A stretch of 64,000 bases of DNA. Origin: Candidatus Latescibacterota bacterium. GTDB lineage: Bacteria; Latescibacterota; UBA2968; SICM01. Position numbers and translations under genes: made by a program. The stretch spans positions 3,776,001 through 3,840,000 of the forward strand of contig CBDCJO010000002.1 in the NCBI GenBank assembly GCA_965217865.1. Reading direction: 5' to 3'. The notes beneath the pieces are model-generated. The model worked only from the letters and a program-made list of their open reading frames with translations, did not search any database and was not told the DNA's origin. Shown here in pieces: positions 1-8,872 of this stretch (the first letter of the stretch is position 1; the number at the start of each line of letters is the position of its first letter).

Positions 1-208
1 TATGGCTCCCCAACTGATCCTCTCCTCGGAACCACTCTCTGTTCGTCAGTCGTAACTTGCTGTAATGACCGATAATGCCCGCACCGTCGAGGCGGAAACC
101 ATGTCAGGACCGAGTTCCCCCTTTGGGCTGATCAGGGGGTATGGGGGGTATGTCACAGTTCAAGGCGGTGGCCAATGCGCAAGCGACAACGGGAGCACGG
201 GTAGCACG

Positions 209-751
209 TTATCCTTCACACACCGGGGATGAGATTATTATTGCAACAACCATTACCCACCACTCAAGCAGTTCCCAGAATGCCGCGATGGCCATGACGA
301 TGCTAATGATGATGAAGTATAACCAACCGCCCCGCTGCAATGGCGTCTGGCGCAAGAGCACCTCGCGAATGATAAATGCCGGAAATATGCCCAGGGCGAC
401 ATGTCCAACGCGATCGTAGTGGTTTCGACTGAGATCGAAGGCATCTCTTACCCAATTGCCCAGGGGCGTTTCAGCATACGTGTAGTACCCGCCGTAGATC
501 AGAATGAGCATATGAAGGAATGCACACCAGTAGGCCATGTGAGACATGGGGAATTGGCGGTAAAGCGCGACCAGTGCGGCGATACCAGCAAGTCCCGGTC
601 CAACCTCCAAAAGCCAGTTGAGCCGCCCTGCCGGTGGGTCATATGCAGTACCCAGGCAGGCCAGGAACACTATGCCGAGAAGCACCATAGGTATCCGAAA
701 ATATCCTGCGGTTCCACATGTCGCCTTGTGAATCTCACTATTTTCACTCAT
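209..751 (-). pseudogene. DUF2238 (YjdF-like) membrane protein, C-terminally truncated
   Basis: Motifs WLLE, GGYYTYAETPLG, RNHYDRVGH and WELLEWW are typical of DUF2238. The usual C-terminal FLGTQGD..DAQ segment is absent and replaced by IIISSPVCEG*. Confidence 0.75.
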
Positions 752-1151
752 ATCTCCATCCTGAGAGGACGATTTAGATGCCCATCGCGACTCTTCTGAA
801 GATTCAAGATCATGGTAGGGTAGCCTCTTCCAGGGTACTACGGTCCCAAGGTTCTGGCCAAGTAATCCTGGATAAAAATCCTGATTATGTGCTGGCTATG
901 CTAATGCCTGGATAGACAGGAAGGATTCTACTCGGCTTGAAGAAATTGCTGAAAGTTTAAAGCCTCGAGAAGGCTTGGAATCATAATGATATATAATTAG
1001 CGCGGAAGCCCTATTTGTGTCGGAGGTCTGCGATGGAAGATATACTCCGAACCTGAGTTTCGACCCTTATCGTCGTCTCCGAAAGCCCCTCCGATGGCCA
1101 CATCCCCGCTGACCGACACGGCCTTCCGGAATTCCCTTCGCGTGGGTTTGC

Positions 1152-1323
1152 TCATCTGGTTTTCCTCCACTGGAAACGATAAGATCCGGAACCCGTCTCA
1201 AAAGTTACGTAATCATCGGTTTCAGCCGCCGCAAAAATCCCTTCGACTCCCTCGAGTAGTTTACCCTTTTCCCATATCAGAATATTGTTCTCGGTAATCG
1301 TAACATGTTTGAATCCTATTTTG
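1152..1323 (-). pseudogene. C-terminal fragment of the GH78 alpha-L-rhamnosidase-like gene, detached by insertion
   Basis: Removing 1324-3471 rejoins ...AKICIPKIG with FKHVTITENNILIWEKG...VTFETGSGSYRF, a typical GH78 C-terminal ending (GSGxYxF). Confidence 0.9.
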
Positions 1324-1418
1324 GGCAATAATATACTTGACAAATCACCATGATACAGAGATCGTGGCTGGTCTAGAATTGCAAGAATTGGCTCAGTCCA
1401 TGTTAAAGGGTTCATAAA

Positions 1419-1677
1419 GTGCGAACAGCGATTCTTTCTCAAAGATTTGAAAAGGAGCTGTCTGAAATTGAACCAGATGTTGTTCGAGCCGACGAATTTG
1501 TGTTCGCATCTGATTGTGGTATTGTGTCGAAACCCAAGATCTGGTAGCAGGACAAGTCAATCATCCGTTTGGTTTTTTCCTATCTGCGAAAATTTGCCCG
1601 ACAGTCCGCCATTTGTTATCTACTATACTTTCGACGATACGAACGTGTATTTTCTTTCAATCCAAATATCTGGGTAG
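1419..1677 (+). pseudogene. RelE/ParE-like small protein, frameshifted
   Basis: GTG at 1419 gives MRTAILSQRFEKELSEIEPDVVRADEFV, which continues after a frame change as VLCRNPRSG...PPFVIYYTFDDTNVYFLSI. Size and the C-terminal beta pattern resemble RelE-fold proteins (inference). Confidence 0.45.
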
Positions 1678-1681
1678 TCAT

Positions 1682-1855
1682 TTGACACATAACAAACGGT
1701 CTGTTCCCACTCAATCAGACACGTCTTGGCAGCGGCTGGATCGTGCGTTTCGGACCACTCTGGGCGTTTCGAAAGATGCACTACTGAAGGAAGAGGCTAG
1801 GTTGAAGCGATTGCACCAGAAGGCGCGGGCCAAGAAACCGGTAGTGTCTCAGTAA
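1682..1855 (+). CDS. Small basic helical ORF resembling those found downstream of IS1595-family transposases
   Basis: WQRLDRAFRTTLGVSKDALLKEEARLKRLHQKARAKK. Start codon uncertain. Confidence 0.4.
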   Translation: MTHNKRSVPTQSDTSWQRLDRAFRTTLGVSKDALLKEEARLKRLHQKARAKKPVVSQ

Positions 1856-1864
1856 GTTGGGGCA

Positions 1865-2689
1865 ATGAGTATGAAACCAAAGATATTTTATGGTGATTGT
1901 CTGAATGTGATCGCGTCCGGCAAAGTCAAGCCGGTAAATCTGATTTTTACATCGCCGCCCTATGCAGACCAAAGGAAGAGCAACTATGGTGGCATCCATC
2001 CTGACAGATACGTTGATTGGTTTCTGCCAAGGGCGGAAGCATTACAGACATGTTTACAACCCGATGGCTCGTTTGTTCTTAATATCAAGGAAAAGGTTAT
2101 AAATGGCGAGCGTCACACCTATGTCATCGAACTGATATTAGCTTTGCAAAAGCAAGGATGGAGATGGGTAGATGAATATTGTTGGCATAAGAAGAACTGC
2201 TATCCTGGAAAGTGGTCGAACCGGTTTCGTGATTCATGGGAGAGGCTGTTGCATTTTACCCTCAACAAAAAATTCAAGATGCGACAGGAAGCGGTCATGG
2301 TGCCTACCGGCGACTGGAGAAAAACCCGGTTACGAAACTTATCCGATACGGACCATATCCGTGATGAATCCAAGGCTGGGAATGGCTTTGGGAAACGAAT
2401 TTCAAATTGGGTCGGTCGCGATAAGGCGTATCCGACGAACGTGCTGAATCTTGCCACGGAGTGCGGTTATAAGGGACATCCAGCGGCCTTTCCGTCATCT
2501 TTGCCTGACTGGTTCATTCGATTATTTACGGATAATGGCGATACGGTGCTTGATCCTTTTGCCGGGTCGGGCACCACGTTGGTCGCAGCTCATGGGCTGG
2601 GCCGGAACAGCATAGGGATTGATACGATAAGGGAATACTGTGATATGATGCGTGAACGATTCAAATCTTCAAGCGAGGTTATGCTTTGA
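1865..2689 (+). CDS. Site-specific DNA methyltransferase (N4-C/N6-A, beta class)
   Basis: Catalytic TSPPY near the N-terminus, HPAAFP, and SAM-binding LDPFAGSGTT near the C-terminus. Confidence 0.93.
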   Translation: MSMKPKIFYGDCLNVIASGKVKPVNLIFTSPPYADQRKSNYGGIHPDRYVDWFLPRAEALQTCLQPDGSFVLNIKEKVINGERHTYVIELILALQKQGWRWVDEYCWHKKNCYPGKWSNRFRDSWERLLHFTLNKKFKMRQEAVMVPTGDWRKTRLRNLSDTDHIRDESKAGNGFGKRISNWVGRDKAYPTNVLNLATECGYKGHPAAFPSSLPDWFIRLFTDNGDTVLDPFAGSGTTLVAAHGLGRNSIGIDTIREYCDMMRERFKSSSEVML

Positions 2690-3442
2690 AACCGGCATGG
2701 TGGTCTGAGGTAGAGCAGGATGCGGATAAGACGATAATCGGCTTTACGGACAAATTAAGGAAAAAACTTATCGAGTCTCCGGAAAAGATTATCAAACGAA
2801 AAAATCCGTTTCTGTTCCGCATCCGCATCGTTAATGATGTTGATGAATTGGCAGATATGATCCTGAATGCCTACTTGTCTTCCAGTGAAGAGACGATGTT
2901 CGGTAATATCCTGGAAGAGATCGCGGTTTCTATTTGCAAGCATGCAAAAGGAGGTCGGAAGTCGGGAATTCATAATATCGACCTGGAATACGATCAAAAT
3001 GAAATCCGAACGATTATCCAAATCAAATCGGGAATGAACTGGGGCAACTCAAGCCAACAAAAAACTTTACGGTCATCGTTTGAGACAGCTACAAAGGGTT
3101 ATTCGGCAAGGCCGGAAGCAACACGTTCGGTGTATTGAAGGCATCTGCTATGGGAAGAGCGCGATTGAAGATAAAGGCGGACACATACGGCTTGTAGGAT
3201 ATTGCTTTTGGAAAGATATTTCCGATTGGGATTATACGGCAAAGGGAGTTATGGAGATGCTGGGCAAACATGCCGATAATGGTTTACATGTGTTTCGCGA
3301 AGTAGCCCATGGGCTATTGGTAAAGTATCTTCGTTCTTCTGGTGTCGTCACCGATGGAAATATTTGTTGGAACAGATTGCTCGATCTGGTCATGAGTAGT
3401 GGCAACGTTCCTCCCTCCCTCCCCTTGAATTCCACAAAGTGA
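2686..3442 (+). CDS. Type II restriction endonuclease, PmeII/EcoO109I-like, with one frameshift near 3093
   Basis: KRKNPFLFR, SSSEETMFGNILE, GGRKSG..IDLE, QIKSGMNWGNSSQ. ORFs 2686-3138 and 3080-3442 join if one A is removed from ACAAAGGG. Overlaps the MTase stop. Confidence 0.8.
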
Positions 3443-3463
3443 TTTGTCAAGTATATTGTTGCC

Positions 3464-6400
3464 CTATTTTGGGTATGCAGATCTTTGCCGTACTGTTGAC
3501 AGGAGTACTTGCTTCCAGGGTAAACTCATCTTCCTGGTAATGCCATTGGGAAAAGATGGTTCCTCGTACGGTCTTATGCCAGGCTTTCGCGTATTTCAGT
3601 CCTTGGGGGACGAAAGGCTGAATGATAATTTGTTTAAATCCCGGCGTAACGGGATCAGGGCTAAAGTATGCCGGCCCTTGAATTCCCGCCAGGTCGTTGT
3701 AAAAGAAATGATCGATGGTGGTAAACATAGCCATGCTCAACCGATCGTCGTTGGTCGAATGGGCACCCCAGGATTCCCAGATCGTCGTCGCCCCCTGATC
3801 GACCATGTACCCCCAGCCGGGATAATCCAACCGACTGACCAGGTTATACATTACCTCGCCGTATCCGTATTTGTTTAAGGCCTCCATCAGCGCGGTTGTC
3901 CCGATGATGCCGGTGTGATGATGTCCGTTATACTTGGTGACGATGTTATCAACGATGTTGTTCGCTACCTCTTTTTCTTTTGTGTCAGGCGTCATGCCAA
4001 AAGTCAACGGTAAGAGGTTACAGGTTTGCGCTCCTGTGGCATATTGATTCGTTGACGGATGGAACCACATTTCGTGAAACGCCTGGTTGATATTCTGGGC
4101 CAACTCCAAATATTTAGCTGCTTCCTCGTCATACCCCAGAAGTTTCGCAACCTGGGATACGAGCCGGGCGTTGTTATAATAGAATGCCGTTTTGATGAAA
4201 GGGAAAGGCGTTTCCGGTGACATCCATTCTTCTTTACCCGGTGCCGGCCCCGGCAGCATGTGGTCGCCATAATAGCCGTATTTCAAAATAAATCCGTCGG
4301 CTTTTTCGATCAGATTCTCCAGCCATTGTTTCATGCTGGGATAATGCTCCTCGAGGATACGCTTATCCTCGTAATATTGATACACGTACCATACCGCTAT
4401 GGGGTAGTTGCCGGCCCAGGCGGGATCGCCCGTATGCCGGTTTTTAGGGGGATAATTGGGAATAATATCCGGGATTATACCGTCGGCATGCTGGGCATAT
4501 TTCGCATCGTCGAGATACTTTTGCCAGAACAAAGGCATATAAATCCGGGGATACAGGGTTCCCGGCGTGCTGCCCGGCTCGAGCCACCCCCAATGTTCCG
4601 TGTTAATACAATCCATTTGAATGCCGTACAGCTCATTCTTAATGGTTTGACGAACATTCGCATGGATCCGATTCAACAGGTCATTCGAGCAGTCGAATCC
4701 TCCCGTCATATCGACGGCGTTATAAGCCATTCTGCCGATGACATCCTGTTGCGTTAGGTTGCCAGGATAATTGTCGATTTGCACGTAACGAACGGGATGG
4801 AACGTAAATCGCGGTTCATACGCTTCACCTTTCGGATCCCCTTTCAGGATATAAATATCCCTTGACCTCCCGCCGGGAATCTCTTTCAGGAACCCATCTT
4901 CCCGAAGCAGCGGCGCATATTTGATGGTAATTTCCCTGCCCGCTTCGCCTTGAAATTGAAATTTAGCCCAACCCGCGTAAAGCGTGCCAAAATCATAAAG
5001 GTGCGTTCCCGGCGCGGGTTGGTGAACTGATACCGGTGTCAGATTGTCATTCACCTTGATCGGCGGCAATAACTGCGACATCATGATCCCACCTGGACTT
5101 TTCTGGATTGATGCCTGAGTCCAGGGGGAATCATCATAGCCGGCGCGTGCCCATCCCGGTTTTTCCTTACGGGCATCATAGACTTCGCCGCTAATTATGC
5201 TGTTATGGGCAATAGGGCTTTCCGATGTTTTCCAGCTTTCGTCGCTTTTCACAATTAAGGTTGCGCCGTCCGTAAATCGGATATGCATCTGCAACAGAAG
5301 CCGGGGAGAGGGACAATAGGCCGGGCAGAACCAGCCGTTGCCCAGCATGACGCCTACGGCATTGGCGCCTTGTTGTAGCCTGTCCGTGACATCATGGCTA
5401 ACGTAGAATATCCGTTTGCCGTAATCCGTCGTCGCCGGATCGAGCGCCCGGTCGCTCACTTTCTGACCATTGATATATAACTCGCACCAACCCAAGCCGG
5501 AAATGTAAATTCGGGCTTGTGCGATCGGCTTGTCGATAGAAAACTCTTTTCGCAGCAAAGGAGAAAACCGTGCTGAAGCGTGTCCCGTTCGAGCATGATT
5601 TTCATGACCGGAACTATCGCGAAGATCCCCCTCGAATTCCCACCAGCCCGCCAGAGCTTTATCCGGCACGGAACCGAGTTTATACATATTTGTGATTTCA
5701 TCGTTGGAAAGAGCTCTGCGATAAATCCGGACATCGTCGATGGCGCCGTCAAACAATTCCTCTCTGCCTCCGTAAGAACCAATATAAACGTCGCCTGTAC
5801 CGGTGGTTGACAACGAACCGGCTACCGCCCAGCTTCCTGCCCGCACCCCGTCAAAGTAAATCCGGATGTGAGAGCCATCGAAAGTCGTCGCAGCCAGATG
5901 CCAATTCCTGTCCGCGAGAATCGATGAATCCACGGCTGCGCTCTTTTCATAATACGTACCGTTAATGACGAATCCGCAATGCAGACCCTGTAATGGCTGT
6001 TTTTCGCCGACGGCCAGCAGCCATCGCCCCTCACTACCGTCACTTTTACGGATGATACACTGCCACTCCGGAGTATAATTCCCCTGCTTGATCCAGGCGC
6101 TGATAGTCATGGCCTCGGTCGGCTTGAACTGGTCATGATGGGGAATGTGGATAGAGGAATTTATGCCGCTGAGATCCAAAGCGTAAGTTTTCCGCTTGCT
6201 GTTTGTCAGGAACTCTCTTTCGACATATTTCACGCTGGAACCTGCACCAATCCATGTAGCCTGCCAATCGCTTTTCTGCAGCAGTCCCATTTCGAAGGTT
6301 GCCGGTTCACTCCACGCAGATGACTTGCCGTCTTTATCCCACACACGAACCTTCCAGTAACATCTTTCCCCGCTCGTTAATGTTCGCCCCGCGCAGCAAA

Positions 6401-6641
6401 TGTTCACGGATTTATCAGAAAATACTTTTCCGCTGTCCCATTTGTCGCCAATGTTAGACTGGAGTTTTTGCTCGTTGCTGGCCGCCAGAACCTGGTAGGC
6501 CGACTGCATTTCGCCTCGCCGAGAAGATTCCAACCGCCAGCTAAATCGTGGCGCAGGAGTGTCTATACCCAAGGGATTCTGAGCATATTCACAACTCAAT
6601 TCCTTGATGGTAATTGCCAGTGCTTTCATCAATGCGACCAA
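3464..6641 (-). pseudogene. GH78 alpha-L-rhamnosidase-like protein with inserted LamG/ConA domain, interrupted near its C-terminus
   Basis: EYAQNPLGIDTPAPRFSW, LLRKEF, GEVYDAR, PRFTFH, GATTIWESW. LamG motifs WHLAATTFDG and FDGAIDDVRIY. Confidence 0.88.
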
Positions 6642-6783
6642 TATCGGCGCGGCGTATGATGCCGCATTTATGTTCGAGATGCTGGAGAATGGGATTGGTC
6701 AGGCGATCTTTCTGAAGGTCTGCGACCCGTACACCAAACAGGAGGACGGCAAACGGGTGGCACAATGGGGCTGGCCGGCAACC

Positions 6784-8421
6784 TCATCGCGGCAACTGTG
6801 CCCTCAGCCAGTAGGGTAAGATTTCATCCTCATACGTGATCTCAAGCTCGACCTTGCGCACTTCACACGGCTCGGGCTTCAGATAGGCTGGAGGTTGAAT
6901 TTCGGATTGTAAGATGCGGAAGGTCAGCGTGTTGCGTCCCTTCTTCAGCAACCCGGGATCAATGACAGCTTGCCGGTGGCAATGGAGATTGTCGGATGGG
7001 TGATCCAGGACGACCAGAGGAAGCGTGAGTCCTGCTTCCCAATCCACGGTGACCTCGTGCCCGTTGACCTTCAGGACGAGGTCTCTGCGTGTCCAATCGG
7101 TCTCAGTGACGTTCAGCAACAGTCGTACGCCTACCGGCATACCCTGAGCCAGCACGGCGGGAATATCATCAACGATGTCTATATCCATGGTCACTTCTTC
7201 CGTCGGGCCCTGCTCGGGAGTCCCTAGTTCCAGAGGCAATGCCAACTGGAAGACGTAAGTTTTGTTGGCATATCGTATCCGTTCTGGATCGCCCAGTTCC
7301 CGGAAGACCTCCCAGTGTGGTTCGTAGTTCCGAGGCAAGTAGTCGTAGAACGAGATGCCGTCGGCGCCTTGCTCGTAGAGTCTGTGCGCTATAGCGCGAT
7401 GTTCCCAATGATTTGTACTGTTGGCGTGGAAGCCATCTATCCAGCCGATCTTGGCAGTGTGGCGCCGTGAGGGCTTCCCGGGCCCGGCGACCAGACGACA
7501 ATTCGTACCTTCGACCACGCGGCGCCAAGCAGAAATATCCATCTCGAAGAGGTTAGAGCTGCGGCATTGTCCTATCAAGATGTCCAGCAGGCCATCTGCA
7601 GCCCAGCTAGCCACGTCGAATCCACCTTCGTAGTATCTGGTGATACCGTCCGGTGCCTTCTCAAGGATCCTTCTCAAATCCACTTCGCCTACAACATCAA
7701 GCGGACAGATTGTGTCGTGATGATAAAACTGCGCGGAAAGGCCCAAGCGCTTGCCTTTTGCCTTGCCGACGCGGTCGAGCATGGCGCGTACATTTCGCAC
7801 GTGCTGATTCATCACTTCCCTTCCTGCAGCCTCTTCGCCCGGGTTGAAATAAGGATCGCTGCGGGAGAAGTCCAGATCCAGCCCGTCCACGTCGTAATTC
7901 TCAGCCACTTCATGTAATAAGGCCAGATTAATCTTGGCGACCTCTGGCTTATTCCAGTCATACTGTGCAGAAACTTGGCTGCGGTCATCCCACTCTTTGA
8001 GCTGAAGTTCCGGGTGCTCCTTGTAGAAGGCGGTCTGGTAGGCATCGGTGTTGAGCCCCTTATAGGTGTGGTGGGCGTCGTTCATACGGCTACTGCCCCA
8101 AGCCTGTATGCCACATTTGTGGCATTCGTCCACGAAAACGGACATTATGTCCACTCCGGCTTCTAGCCGCCGCTGTTGGGCATGACCCAGCTCCAACACT
8201 TTGGATGCCTGGGCAGCCTTTATCGTCCCCCCTATATGCCGCTGGTAGATGCCGACATGCGAGCCTTCAAGAGCCTGCACGAGCGAGCGAACCTGTCGTG
8301 CAGCCACCTCGGGAGGCGCGTCCGCCGACTGGCCCCCGTCCCAGGTTAGGATCAGGCGCTGACGCTCGCGTAAGGGAATTACTATGGACTGGCCTTTTTC
8401 TGCTTGGGTTGACATGTACAT
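6784..8421 (-). CDS. Putative glycoside hydrolase (GHL10/DUF187-like TIM barrel)
   Basis: SSRMNDAHH, ENYDVDGLDLDFSR, GADGISFYD motifs. RBS AGGAGA upstream. Confidence 0.65.
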   Translation of the reverse strand: MYMSTQAEKGQSIVIPLRERQRLILTWDGGQSADAPPEVAARQVRSLVQALEGSHVGIYQRHIGGTIKAAQASKVLELGHAQQRRLEAGVDIMSVFVDECHKCGIQAWGSSRMNDAHHTYKGLNTDAYQTAFYKEHPELQLKEWDDRSQVSAQYDWNKPEVAKINLALLHEVAENYDVDGLDLDFSRSDPYFNPGEEAAGREVMNQHVRNVRAMLDRVGKAKGKRLGLSAQFYHHDTICPLDVVGEVDLRRILEKAPDGITRYYEGGFDVASWAADGLLDILIGQCRSSNLFEMDISAWRRVVEGTNCRLVAGPGKPSRRHTAKIGWIDGFHANSTNHWEHRAIAHRLYEQGADGISFYDYLPRNYEPHWEVFRELGDPERIRYANKTYVFQLALPLELGTPEQGPTEEVTMDIDIVDDIPAVLAQGMPVGVRLLLNVTETDWTRRDLVLKVNGHEVTVDWEAGLTLPLVVLDHPSDNLHCHRQAVIDPGLLKKGRNTLTFRILQSEIQPPAYLKPEPCEVRKVELEITYEDEILPYWLRAQLPR

Positions 8422-8520
8422 CTCCTCCTAGCCATCTCGCTGGCTGTTTGTGTTGGTTTGGCCGAGAATCTCCATAAAGGTGTCACTCCGCTGTTGCCTT
8501 CGTGAAGACTACCAGCGTGA

Positions 8521-8656
8521 CGCTAACGTTCAGGGGTTTCAGAAGTGGCCGTTCAAGACTTAAAGATAAGGGTTTACAGGAAAGGGCAAAAGAAAAACCC
8601 ACGGCCATTTTCGGGTGGGTGGAGGGTGAGGGGTGAACTGCAACCCAGTGTTATGT
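8521..8656 (-). repeat. attC site (136 bp)
   Basis: ACATAAC...GTTAGCG on the minus strand with complementary arms. Highly similar to the attC at 24691-24827. Confidence 0.8.
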
Positions 8657-8659
8657 GCC

Positions 8660-8872
8660 TGTGCGGCCCCTTGGGGTGGTTGGGTGGGCTTGACCCACGG
8701 TCTGACACGGACTCCAATGATTGCGATCCTGTCCGCCTGGATCACCAGTTCTGAAAACCGACTCCGCTATGCTTCGATGAAGTCTGCGCCAGAAGTCGTT
8801 AAGTGGAGGGACCCCGGCAGAATCAGATCCATAACTCGCGTCGGCTCCAAACAGTATGAGATCGGTGGTCAT
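8660..8872 (-). pseudogene. Internally deleted SIR2-like cassette gene remnant
   Basis: N-terminal LILFGADASYGSD..PPL (cf. GAGAS..P) lies next to ADRIAIIG in another frame, directly upstream of an attC. Confidence 0.4.

Larger units (their letters stand above)
1324..3463. mobile_element. Non-autonomous IS1595-family-like insertion cassette (MIC) carrying a restriction-modification system
   Basis: 25-bp TIRs GGCAA(T/C)AATATACTTGACAAATCAC at 1324-1348 and 3439-3463 (1 mismatch). 8-bp direct repeat CTATTTTG at 1316-1323 and 3464-3471. Interrupts a gene. No transposase ORF inside. Confidence 0.92.
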
